Source: an uncultured Flavobacteriales bacterium (lineage in GTDB: Bacteria > Bacteroidota > Bacteroidia > Flavobacteriales > UBA1820). Taken from it: a stretch of DNA of 64,000 nt. The stretch covers positions 76,825-140,824 of the forward strand of contig CABQBC010000002.1 of NCBI GenBank assembly GCA_902462305.1, given 5' to 3'. Below are positions 10,683 to 19,847 of this stretch, in pieces. Each line of letters begins with the position of its first letter. Within the stretch, counting starts at the first letter, position 1. The translations under genes and the position numbers were made by a program. Below the pieces are notes generated by a model that searched no databases, was not told the origin of the DNA, and saw nothing but the letters and a program-made list of their open reading frames with translations.

Positions 10683-10734
10683 CTCAAGTGAAGAAAAGGC
10701 AGTGCCGAATGGCACTGCCTTTTCTTCACTTGAG
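10683..10734 (+). terminator. perfect 24 bp hairpin (GAAT loop) downstream of the thioredoxin-like gene
   Basis: ctcaagtgaagaaaaggcagtgcc-gaat-ggcactgccttttcttcacttgag. It lies about 75 nt after the stop at 10608. No clear U-tract follows. Confidence 0.55.
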
Positions 10735-10891
10735 TATATTTGCCCATAGATATCCGTACCTGGGGAACAGCAAAACCATTAAGTTAAAAAGAGTGATTTT
10801 TTTATTTTAAAAAATAAAAATTTTTCGTCGCTTTAATTATTTTTTCCAAAATAAAAACAAAAAAATTATTGTTTCTGCTTTTTTTGTTTTC

Positions 10892-10899
10892 TATTTTTG
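10892..10899 (+). promoter_or_regulatory. candidate -7 promoter box (TATTTTTG) for the riboswitch-nrdDG transcript
   Basis: Matches TAnnTTTG inside an extremely A/T-rich tract of about 130 bp (10800-10925), immediately upstream of the riboswitch. Confidence 0.35.
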
Positions 10900-10934
10900 T
10901 CTTCGCAATCAACAGTTCTTTCTTTTTCTTCCGG

Positions 10935-11135
10935 GGAAAAACATGGGAACCGCGTGTGAATCGCGGACTGTCGCGCAACTGTGAGCGCCATAGAATCATC
11001 CCAGCGCGCATTTTAAGCCACCGGCACAACATCCGGGAAGGCCGCGCATGTGGAGGCGCAAAGTCAGGAGACCGGCTCCGGAAGCAATTCGAAAGGCAGG
11101 GGGCTTTCGCGAAAAAAGCGCACTTGTCACCACAA
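10935..11135 (+). promoter_or_regulatory. cobalamin (B12) riboswitch
   Basis: Four conserved blocks appear in the canonical order. They are GGGAACCGCGTGTGAATCGCGG (10945-10966), GCGCAACTGTGAGC (10973-10986) and AAGCCACCGG...CCGGGAAGGCC (11015-11043). The fourth is the B12 box AGTCAGGAGACCGGC (11062-11076). The element lies about 100 nt upstream of nrdD. Confidence 0.8.
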
Positions 11136-11240
11136 AGACCACCGTCAGACAATACGGCAGGCCGGCATTTTGTCCGCTTTTACCTGAGCTTCCATCATAC
11201 AGGGACAATAACATAAAACACATACCCAATATTATTTATC

Positions 11241-13628
11241 ATGGACACTTCCGGCATACACATCATCAAACGGGACGGGAAAACCGAAGGATTTTCGATC
11301 GATAAGATAAAAAACGCCATAGCCAAAGCATACCGCGCATCGGGCGTGGTCGACGAGTGCAGCGTGATAGACTCCATCGCCGCCAACGTCGCCGCGGCCA
11401 TCTCCACTCCGGAGATATCAGTCGAACAGATACAGGACCTGGTAGAAAAAGAACTGATGTTCCGCAATCCATACGTGGCAAAAAAATACATCATCTACCG
11501 CGAATGGCGCACCACCGAACGCGACAAAAAAACCGGCATGAAACGCATCATGGACGGTATCGTCTCGATAGAGAAAAACGACGTAAACCTGTCGAACGCC
11601 AATATGTCGTCCCACACTCCCGCCGGACAGATGATGACTTTCGCCTCAGAAGTTACCAAGGATTATGCCAACAAATACCTGCTCGGCGTGAAATACTCCC
11701 GTGCGCACCGAATGGGGGATATACACATACACGACCTAGACTATTACCCGACCAAAACCACCACATGCCTCCAGTACGACCTTGACGACATATTCGCACG
11801 CGGTTTCCACACAAAAAACGGCAGCATACGCACTCCGCAGTCGATACAGAGTTACGCCACGCTGGCAACCATCATTTTCCAAACCAACCAAAACGAACAA
11901 CACGGCGGACAATCCATACCCGCGTTCGATTTCTTCATGGCTCCCGGCGTTTACAAAACATTCATAAAACATCTGGAAGCCAATATAAACTTCCTGTACA
12001 GCCTTAAGAACAACGGGGAAAACCCTAAGGAAAAACTGCGCGACGGACTGAAAGGAGCTGTAAAATCCATAGACCTCGACGCCAAAGCCATCGGGGAACT
12101 TAAAAAATTCCTCGACGGCCGCGGGATAGCCATTTCCGACGTGGAACTGAAAACCATAACGGAAAAAGCCTACGAAAACACACGCCGGGACACCCTTCAG
12201 GCAATGGAAGGTTTCGTCCACAACCTGAACACGATGCATTCGCGCGGAGGCAATCAGGTGGTATTTTCATCCGTCAACTACGGCACCGACACCTCGGCCG
12301 AAGGGCGTATGGTCATACGCGAATTGCTGCGCGCCACGATGAACGGATTGGGCAACGGCGAAGTGCCGGTATTCCCCATCCAGATATTCAAAGTCAAAGA
12401 CGGCGTGTCATGGAGCGATGAAGACTATGAAAAGGCGCTGAAAGATTTCCCCAAGGCGGTAAAAGGCGGCATGAAATTCAAAGCACCCAACTTCGATCTA
12501 CTGGTCGAAGCGTGTCACACTACCGCCACGGCATTATTCCCTAATTTCCTGTTTTTGGACACCGAATACAACAAGAACGACCTCTGGCAGGCCGACGACC
12601 CCAAACGCTACCTTTACGAAGTGGCCACCATGGGCTGCCGCACACGAGTGTTTGAAAATGTCAACGGAGTAAAATCGTCCGTAGGACGCGGAAACCTGTC
12701 GTTCACCTCGATGAATATGCCGCGCCTGGCCATCGAAGCCCGGCGCCAGGCCGAAGATATGTATCCGGACGGCGACAAACACACGGTACGTGCCGAAGCC
12801 CGCGATATTTTCATTTCGTCCGTACGCTCGATGGCACGGATGATAGCGGAACAACTGCACGAGCGCTACCTGTATCAACGCACGGCTTTAGCCCGCCAAT
12901 TCCCGTTCATGATGGGCAACGATGTATGGAAAGGAGGCGGAGCCCTCAAACCGAACGAAGAGGTAGGAAGCGTTATAGATTCCGGAACGCTGGGCATAGG
13001 TTTCATCGGCGGACATAACGCAATGGTCGCTATCTACGGAGAAGGACACGCCCATAGCCAGGAAGCATGGCAAACCCTTTACGATGCCGTTTCGGCCATA
13101 GGCGATGTAGCCGAAGAATACAAACACCGCTACAAACTGAACTACTCCGTGCTGGCAACCCCGGCCGAAGGGCTGTCTGGCCGTTTCACGCGCATGGACA
13201 AGAAAAAATACGGCATTATAGAAGGCGTTAACGATCGTGATTACTACGTCAATTCGTTCCACATAGACGTAAAAGAACCCGTGAGCTTCGTAGAAAAGAT
13301 AAAGAAGGAAGCGCCGTTCCATGCCATAACCAGGGGAGGGCATATAACTTACGTCGAACTGGACGGCGAAGCAAAGAAAAATGTCGTGTCGATACTGAAA
13401 ATAGTAAAGGTAATGCACGATGAAGGAATAGGCTACGGCTCGATAAACCACCCGGTAGATACGTGCCGCGCCTGCGGGTACAAAGGTGTGATATATTCCA
13501 AGTGCCCGGTTTGCGGCAGCGACGAGATCACGCGTCTGCGCCGTATCACGGGTTATCTGACCGGATCGCTCGAATCATGGAACTCGGCAAAACAGGCCGA
13601 GGAAAAAGACCGCGTAAAACACTGCTGA
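11241..13628 (+). CDS. nrdD: anaerobic ribonucleoside-triphosphate reductase (class III)
   Basis: N-terminal ATP-cone (IKRDGKTEGFSIDKI). C-terminal Zn-ribbon CRACG...CPVCG, followed by the glycyl-radical motif RRITGYL. Confidence 0.95.
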   Translation: MDTSGIHIIKRDGKTEGFSIDKIKNAIAKAYRASGVVDECSVIDSIAANVAAAISTPEISVEQIQDLVEKELMFRNPYVAKKYIIYREWRTTERDKKTGMKRIMDGIVSIEKNDVNLSNANMSSHTPAGQMMTFASEVTKDYANKYLLGVKYSRAHRMGDIHIHDLDYYPTKTTTCLQYDLDDIFARGFHTKNGSIRTPQSIQSYATLATIIFQTNQNEQHGGQSIPAFDFFMAPGVYKTFIKHLEANINFLYSLKNNGENPKEKLRDGLKGAVKSIDLDAKAIGELKKFLDGRGIAISDVELKTITEKAYENTRRDTLQAMEGFVHNLNTMHSRGGNQVVFSSVNYGTDTSAEGRMVIRELLRATMNGLGNGEVPVFPIQIFKVKDGVSWSDEDYEKALKDFPKAVKGGMKFKAPNFDLLVEACHTTATALFPNFLFLDTEYNKNDLWQADDPKRYLYEVATMGCRTRVFENVNGVKSSVGRGNLSFTSMNMPRLAIEARRQAEDMYPDGDKHTVRAEARDIFISSVRSMARMIAEQLHERYLYQRTALARQFPFMMGNDVWKGGGALKPNEEVGSVIDSGTLGIGFIGGHNAMVAIYGEGHAHSQEAWQTLYDAVSAIGDVAEEYKHRYKLNYSVLATPAEGLSGRFTRMDKKKYGIIEGVNDRDYYVNSFHIDVKEPVSFVEKIKKEAPFHAITRGGHITYVELDGEAKKNVVSILKIVKVMHDEGIGYGSINHPVDTCRACGYKGVIYSKCPVCGSDEITRLRRITGYLTGSLESWNSAKQAEEKDRVKHC

Positions 13629-13629
13629 C

Positions 13630-13668
13630 GTTGTTTTCACACGGGGCTTTTGCCCCGGTGAAAACAAC
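13630..13668 (+). other. intercistronic 17 bp hairpin immediately after the nrdD stop
   Basis: gttgttttcac-a-cggggc-tttt-gccccg-gtgaaaacaac, with one bulge. No U-tract follows. It sits between nrdD and nrdG. Confidence 0.5.
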
Positions 13669-13790
13669 CGCAGAAAAACTATATACTTAAATTCAATCAC
13701 TTTTAATTGACAATATCGTTACGGATACGGTCATAGACCGTCCGATATTCGTTTCCGTTCCGCAGGTAACTCCCGGACGGAGTCAAAATC

Positions 13791-14324
13791 GTGGAAAAAC
13801 AGGAAGAAAACGTACAGTTGCCCCCGCTGAGGATACTCAGGACATTTCCCGAAACGATATCGGACGGGGAGGGGATACGTTTTTCCATATACCTGTCCGG
13901 CTGCGCGCATAACTGCCCCGGATGCCACAATCCCGAAAGTCACGATCCGGCATACGGCACTATCATAGACGAGAGTATCGTATGCGAAATAACATCCCGT
14001 ATAAATTCCAATCCGATACTCGACGGGGTGACATTTTCCGGTGGCGACCCTTTTTACAACCCGTACCGTTTCCGGGAACTGGCAAAACGCATAAAAGAAG
14101 ATACCGGGCATAACATTTGGTGCTATACCGGCTATACTTACGAGCGCATAGTGTCCGATCACGCACGTTATCCTGTACTGGAATACATAGACGTGCTGGT
14201 GGACGGGCCTTTCATAAAGAGTCTATACGACCCGCGTCTGGCTTTTCGCGGTTCGTCCAATCAAAGAATATTAAGGCTTTCCCCCTCCGGGGACACGGCC
14301 GAGGACATCTCCTGCGTGTTCTGA
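13791..14324 (+). CDS. nrdG: anaerobic ribonucleotide reductase activating protein (radical SAM)
   Basis: CAHNCPGCHN cluster (CxxxCxxC). 177 aa, directly downstream of nrdD. Apparent GTG start. Confidence 0.9.
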   Translation: MEKQEENVQLPPLRILRTFPETISDGEGIRFSIYLSGCAHNCPGCHNPESHDPAYGTIIDESIVCEITSRINSNPILDGVTFSGGDPFYNPYRFRELAKRIKEDTGHNIWCYTGYTYERIVSDHARYPVLEYIDVLVDGPFIKSLYDPRLAFRGSSNQRILRLSPSGDTAEDISCVF

Positions 14325-15391
14325 AAAATACGCCACCGGCAAGGCACGTCCCCTAACCGCCCGCGCACTGCCGTACCTGTACTTTTCAAAAAACATGAAT
14401 ATTAGCCTGGTAGTAAGGTTGATCCTGTGTATATGCCCGTCGAAAAGCAATACGCCCTGAAACTCCTGCGGGCAATCTATACCGTGACCGTATTCCTGTA
14501 CATCGCTCACCAATACGCTTCCTTCCCTGCGGGCGTTCATCACACAGGCCAGCGTATCGACTATGCCGCGCCTTACCACCTTGTCATCCGTGTGGCTGAA
14601 TACCAGATACGGAGCCCTTAACGGCTTGTCCGACCGGTTAAGGCAATAATCGTAAGGGTCGTAAATGCCTACTTTGTCTTTTTCATACCGCGCATTTTCA
14701 AGTTCGGAAAGCATCGCCGCATCCTTCATTCCGAAAATACGTATGATATTCGAACGGTACTGCAAACTGTCGAACTCACCGCCCGAAGAACTGCCGGAAG
14801 GCACATGCCAGGCATTTTCAGCCGTACTGGTAAGCGGATTTATCCCTGCCGCCGCCAATACAGGTATATCGCTAAGGTTAAGAATGTTCAACGCCGCCAG
14901 GCCTCCCGTCGACACGGACAGCAGATAACATCCGTCATGCCGGACGTTGTACTTTGACAATACATAATCGTAACCTGCAAGACAAGCCCGGTGAATCACA
15001 TGACTGCCTGCCGTGCGGGCGCGGTCTATCTTCAGTCTCCGGCTGTAATGCTCCGGAAGTCCGGTCATACACATCACGGCATAACCTTTCGATACGAGGT
15101 ACTTGGCCTGAATACTGTTTTCAATTTCAGTATGTCCGGGCTCAAATTTACAACCCCCTGAATTAAAGCATATTACCAAACGGGGGGGGTGGACTGTGCG
15201 TCCATGGCCTCAGGCGGAGCCATGAGCACTCCCGGAGAACTCTCCAGATGCGCTACGGTATCGCCAGGAAGCGAAGTGTTTACATCGACTGTGAAATACA
15301 CCGTTTCGCATCCTTTTCCGCAAGAAAAGACGACGAGGCCCAAAAAGACAGGAGCCAGCAATTTCACCGCCGGGTTAAAAAAATTTTTCAT
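14271..15391 (-). pseudogene. lipoprotein alpha/beta-hydrolase (esterase-like) split by a frameshift in a C8 tract
   Basis: The upstream piece (15173-15391) carries the SPII signal MKNFFNPAVKLLAPVFLGLVVFSC. The downstream piece (14271-15179) has hydrolase features: VICFNSGG (oxyanion-like) and SVSTGG (nucleophile elbow). The two frames meet at the homopolymer at 15182-15189. The span is 3n+2 nt, so one extra C would give a single 373-aa ORF. Confidence 0.6.
15182..15189. repeat. G8/C8 homopolymer tract at the frameshift junction
   Basis: cggggggggt on the plus strand, read directly from the sequence. Confidence 0.95.
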
Positions 15392-15473
15392 GTCAGCTAT
15401 AAATTAAGAAATATCTTTTCCATGCTCAGGATGGGGATATCACCCATGAAAATGCCATATGTGCGCGAGGATT

Positions 15474-16550
15474 TTAAATCCCTCCGTACATTTTATCGTA
15501 ATACTCGGCATACGCGCCGCTGGTGACATTATCCATCCATTGTCCGTTGTCCAGATACCAGCGTACCGTCTTTTCCAGTCCTTCTTCGAATTGCAGGGAA
15601 GGCTCCCAGCCGAGCTCATCCTTGAGCCGCGAAGAATCTATCGCATAACGCATGTCATGCCCTTTCCTGTCCTCAACATAGGCTATAAGATCCAGCGAAG
15701 CGCCTTCCGGGCGCCCCAAGGCACGGTCCGTAACTTTTATCAGAAGTTTTACAAGGTCTATATTTTTCCACTCGTTGAAACCGCCCACGTTGTACGTGCG
15801 TCCGTCAATCCCGCGATGGAAAATAACGTCTATCGCACGTGCGTGATCCTCGACATACAACCAATCGCGTACATTCTCGCCCGTACCGTAAACCGGAAGA
15901 GGGCGGCGGCGGCGTATGTTATTTATGAACAACGGTATCAGTTTTTCAGGGAACTGGTTAGGTCCGTAGTTGTTCGAACAGTTGGATATGACTGCCGGCA
16001 AACCGTATGTATCGCGGAACGCGCGCACGAAATGATCCGACGATGCCTTCGATGCCGAATACGGACTGTGCGGGTCGTATTTGGTCTCTTCGGTGAAAAA
16101 ACCTGCTCCCGGTTCCAGAGAGCCATACACCTCGTCCGTGGAAATATGATAAAAGCGACGGCCCTCGAAATGCCCGTCCCATGCCTTCTTCGCTGCAAGC
16201 AACAGGTTTAACGTACCGATGACGTTTGTCACTGCAAACGCCGAAGGGTCTTCGATGCTCCTGTCCACGTGGCTTTCGGCGGCAAGGTGTATCACCCCGT
16301 CTATACCGTATACGGAAAAAACCTCATCCAGTGCTCCTGTATCGCATATATCGGCTTTTACGAACACATAGTTCGGAGCATTCTCCACATCGCGCAGGTT
16401 TTCCAGGTTGCCGGCATATGTAAGCTTGTCGAGGTTTACCACGCGGTACTGCGGGTATTTGTTCACCAGCAGGCGTACCACATGCGAGCCTATGAAGCCC
16501 GCCCCACCCGTAACCAGAATATTGCGTTCGTATTTTTTATCACCATCCAT
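15474..16550 (-). CDS. rfbB: dTDP-glucose 4,6-dehydratase
   Basis: ILVTGGAGFIGSHVV Rossmann motif and extended-SDR layout. 358 aa. Confidence 0.95.
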   Translation of the reverse strand: MDGDKKYERNILVTGGAGFIGSHVVRLLVNKYPQYRVVNLDKLTYAGNLENLRDVENAPNYVFVKADICDTGALDEVFSVYGIDGVIHLAAESHVDRSIEDPSAFAVTNVIGTLNLLLAAKKAWDGHFEGRRFYHISTDEVYGSLEPGAGFFTEETKYDPHSPYSASKASSDHFVRAFRDTYGLPAVISNCSNNYGPNQFPEKLIPLFINNIRRRRPLPVYGTGENVRDWLYVEDHARAIDVIFHRGIDGRTYNVGGFNEWKNIDLVKLLIKVTDRALGRPEGASLDLIAYVEDRKGHDMRYAIDSSRLKDELGWEPSLQFEEGLEKTVRWYLDNGQWMDNVTSGAYAEYYDKMYGGI

Positions 16551-16560
16551 AGCAAATATG

Positions 16561-17421
16561 TTATACGCTTTCGTTTTTCAAAATTTTCATACACTCCCGG
16601 AGAGAGTCTTTCCATTCGGGCACTTTTACGCCCGCCTTAAATATCTTATCAGTCGCCAGTACGCTGTATGCAGGGCGACGGACAGCCGAAGGGAAAACGT
16701 CCGAGCCGATAGCCTCCACACCCACGTCCATACCAGCCACACGGAATATCTCCACTGCAAAATCGTACCACGAAGCATGCCCACGGCCTGTATAGTGGTA
16801 CACGGAAAAACCATCCACCCCGTTTCCGAGTATTTTCATAGCGGCGCGTGCAAGGTCTGTGGCGTAGGTGGGCGTACCCACCTGGTCGCATACAACCTTC
16901 ACCTCACCTTTTTCACGGCCCAGGCGCAACATCGTCTTCACGAAGTTGTTCCCGAATTCCGAATACAGCCACGCCGTACGTATGACCGCCGCCCGGCATC
17001 CTGACGCTTCCACGAGCCTCTCCCCTTCGAGCTTCGTACGCCCGTAAACGCTCACAGGATCTGTGGCGTCGGTTTCCTTGAGAGGCAAGTGTCCCGTTCC
17101 GGGAAATACGTAATCGGTCGATATATGCACCATAGGTATGCCGTTTTCAAATGAGGCAAGCGCTACATTGCCCGCTCCTTCGGCATTTACAAGGCGGGCC
17201 GTTACTTCGTCCGTCTCGGCTTTTTCCACCGCCGTGTACGCCGCGCAGTTTATCACGGCATCAGCTTTTTCCGAAGCTATCAACCGCGCTATACCCCGCC
17301 GGTCGGTTATGTCGCCTTCGGGCATATCCGTAAACACGAAAATATGGTCCGGATATTCGGCGGATATTTTCCTGAGCGATAACCCCAACTGCCCGCATCC
17401 GCCGGTGACGAGTATCTTCAT
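16561..17421 (-). CDS. rfbD: dTDP-4-dehydrorhamnose reductase
   Basis: MKILVTGGCGQLG N-terminus. 286 aa. 4-nt overlap with rfbC. Confidence 0.93.
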   Translation of the reverse strand: MKILVTGGCGQLGLSLRKISAEYPDHIFVFTDMPEGDITDRRGIARLIASEKADAVINCAAYTAVEKAETDEVTARLVNAEGAGNVALASFENGIPMVHISTDYVFPGTGHLPLKETDATDPVSVYGRTKLEGERLVEASGCRAAVIRTAWLYSEFGNNFVKTMLRLGREKGEVKVVCDQVGTPTYATDLARAAMKILGNGVDGFSVYHYTGRGHASWYDFAVEIFRVAGMDVGVEAIGSDVFPSAVRRPAYSVLATDKIFKAGVKVPEWKDSLRECMKILKNESV

Positions 17422-17996
17422 TGCAATTTCTGTGTCTTTTCGTATTCGCAGCCGGAATCGGCGGCATCACGCAAACGCGGATGCCTACGGTCTTTTTCCG
17501 ACAGTATAATGTCCTGTAATGGCATTTTCCAGTCTATGCCTATGTCCGGATCGTCGTAAGCTATACCGGCCTCGGCCTGCGGAGCGTAATAATTGTCGCA
17601 CTTGTACTGGAAAACCGCCTCTCGGCTGAGAACGGCAAAACCATGTGCGAAGCCGCGAGGTATAAAAAACTGCCGCATATTTTCACCTGAAAGTTCTGCC
17701 GTCACGTACCTGCCGTAAGTAGGCGAGCCCTCTCGGATGTCCACCGCCACGTCCAGCACACGCCCAGACACTACGCGCACGAGTTTTGCCTGGGCATGAC
17801 TTCCCCTCTGGTAATGCAACCCCCTCAACACACCGTAAGAAGATTTCGACTGATTATCCTGCACAAAATCGACCGGGCATACTTTTTTGTCGAATTCCGC
17901 CTTGTTGTAGCTCTCGTAAAAATAGCCACGACCGTCGGCATGGATGGCAGGCTCTATCACGAAAACCCCTTCTATGTCCGTTTCGGTTATTTCCAT
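17418..17996 (-). CDS. rfbC: dTDP-4-dehydrorhamnose 3,5-epimerase
   Basis: Cupin-type RmlC sequence (GVFVIEP..., RGLHYQ, FIPRGFAHGF). Confidence 0.95.
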   Translation of the reverse strand: MEITETDIEGVFVIEPAIHADGRGYFYESYNKAEFDKKVCPVDFVQDNQSKSSYGVLRGLHYQRGSHAQAKLVRVVSGRVLDVAVDIREGSPTYGRYVTAELSGENMRQFFIPRGFAHGFAVLSREAVFQYKCDNYYAPQAEAGIAYDDPDIGIDWKMPLQDIILSEKDRRHPRLRDAADSGCEYEKTQKLQ

Positions 17997-17997
17997 G

Positions 17998-18873
17998 TCA
18001 TTTCCCCGCTAATTTGAGCAGATATTGCCCGTATTGGTTTTTTGCCATCGGCGCGGCGACTTCTTCGAGTTTTTCGCGCGTTATCCACCCGTGGCGGTAA
18101 GCTATCTCTTCCAGACAGGCTATCTTCAATCCTTGGCGTTTTTCCAACACCTCGACAAACGTCGAAGCTTGGGAAAGGCTGTCGAACGTACCGGTGTCCA
18201 ACCATGCGAACCCGCGTCCGAGCAATTGTACCGTGAGTTTTTTCTCGTCCAAAAATACCTGGTTGACGGACGTTATCTCCAGTTCTCCGCGCGGTGACGG
18301 TTTTATGCGTTTCGCTTTGTCCACTACGCTGTTCGGATAAAAGTAAAGCCCCGTGACAGCATAATTGGATTTCGGCGCGGAAGGTTTTTCCTCTATCGAC
18401 AGGACGTTGCCATGCGTGTCGAACTCGGCCACCCCGTAACGCTCCGGGTCGGACACATAATATCCGAACACAGTGGCTTTACCGTCTTTTTCCACCGATC
18501 GTGCGGCATCTTCGAGCATATGTGAAAAACTCTGCCCGTAAAATATATTGTCGCCCAGAACGAGGCACACGGAATCGCCTCCGATGAACTCCTCGCCTAT
18601 TATGAACGCCTGGGCCAGTCCGTCGGGAGAAGGCTGTACGGCATAACTGAGCCTCAGACCGAAATCTGAACCGTCGCCAAGCAACCTTTTGAACGAAGGC
18701 ACATCGTCAGGGGTAGATATGACCAATATGTCGCGTATCCCTGCCAGCATCAGCACCGACAGGGGGTAATACACCATAGGTTTGTCGAAAACGGGGAGCA
18801 GTTGTTTGCTCACGCCCTTGGTTATGGGATAAAGGCGCGTGCCGCTGCCTCCGGCCAGAATTATTCCTTTCAT
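17998..18873 (-). CDS. rfbA: glucose-1-phosphate thymidylyltransferase
   Basis: [19 protein letters not shown]-terminus, typical of RmlA. 291 aa. Confidence 0.95.
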   Translation of the reverse strand: MKGIILAGGSGTRLYPITKGVSKQLLPVFDKPMVYYPLSVLMLAGIRDILVISTPDDVPSFKRLLGDGSDFGLRLSYAVQPSPDGLAQAFIIGEEFIGGDSVCLVLGDNIFYGQSFSHMLEDAARSVEKDGKATVFGYYVSDPERYGVAEFDTHGNVLSIEEKPSAPKSNYAVTGLYFYPNSVVDKAKRIKPSPRGELEITSVNQVFLDEKKLTVQLLGRGFAWLDTGTFDSLSQASTFVEVLEKRQGLKIACLEEIAYRHGWITREKLEEVAAPMAKNQYGQYLLKLAGK

Positions 18874-18989
18874 GTTAAAGAAGGTTCGGTTTAAATATTC
18901 CTCCGCAAGGTACGATTTTGTAAATAAAATCGCGACAACTATACGGCGTAATAATTATTGCATTGCACATACAGACGGTGCGGGACGAT

Positions 18990-19847
18990 CTATTTTTCAC
19001 GTCCCAGATCTACCACAGGCGCATTTTTCCAGTCCGTAGCCGCAACTGCCGAGGCAACGTCCGAAAACCGCACTTCGTTAAGATAACGTGTCAGTTTACC
19101 TGCGGCGGACTTCAACCCGACATACGATTTAAACCTGCGCGCCAACGGGAGGCCCTCGACTACCGGTTGCCCGGCATCCAGATCACGCGGATGTATATAA
19201 CTCATAAGATAAGGCTGCCCGGAACTCCATTTTTTTATCAGAAAATACGGGAAAAGACGAAAATACCCTCCGCCGGAGAATATTATGTTCTTGCCGGCCA
19301 TTTTCTTTACGCTCACCGGGAATTCCTTTATCTCGCATCCGTTGTACCGCACGACACTGGGCACAACCTGTCTGTACGATGGCATGCCTCCGTGAGCATG
19401 ATGAGCCGGAAAAACCGAACAGTCGACGTCTATGCCGCATTCTCTCATAACTTCAAACGCCCACGGCTCGCTTTCACGTATAGAAAATCCCGGAGCGCGG
19501 AAGCAACGGACAGGCTTGCCCGTTATATCCTCAAGCAGCTTCACGGACGATTCGAGGTCACGGCGGAAGGCTTCGCGTCCTTGCTGCCATATCAACTGAT
19601 GATTCATCGTGTGCGAGCCTACTTCGTATTTTTCAGCTATGCGGCGTACAATATCCGGATATTTCCTGGCCACCCATCCTATAATGAAGAACGTAGCTTT
19701 CGTGTCCGTTTCTTCCAGTATGCGGAATATACGCTCCATATTTTCATAGATACGGACTTCGTAGTCGTTCCACTGCTGTTCGGTGCGCGTGGAGTCGTTG
19801 TCCAATAGGTGGAACCATTCCTCCACGTCAAATGTCAGGACGTTCAT
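18990..19847 (-). CDS. polysaccharide deacetylase family protein with DUF3473-type C-terminus
   Basis: N-terminal LTFDVEEWFH motif, ATFFIIGWVA, the HTMNH metal-site pattern and the C-terminal SGGGYFRLFPY segment. Confidence 0.85.
   Translation of the reverse strand: MNVLTFDVEEWFHLLDNDSTRTEQQWNDYEVRIYENMERIFRILEETDTKATFFIIGWVARKYPDIVRRIAEKYEVGSHTMNHQLIWQQGREAFRRDLESSVKLLEDITGKPVRCFRAPGFSIRESEPWAFEVMRECGIDVDCSVFPAHHAHGGMPSYRQVVPSVVRYNGCEIKEFPVSVKKMAGKNIIFSGGGYFRLFPYFLIKKWSSGQPYLMSYIHPRDLDAGQPVVEGLPLARRFKSYVGLKSAAGKLTRYLNEVRFSDVASAVAATDWKNAPVVDLGREK

Noticed and set aside
14271-14324. 54-nt convergent overlap between the 3' ends of nrdG and the hydrolase ORF.
   Set aside because: The hydrolase tail (…GSARAVRGRALPVAYFSEHAGDVLGRVPGGGKP) looks like run-on sequence after the folded domain. 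The overlap is probably incidental rather than a regulatory antisense arrangement.
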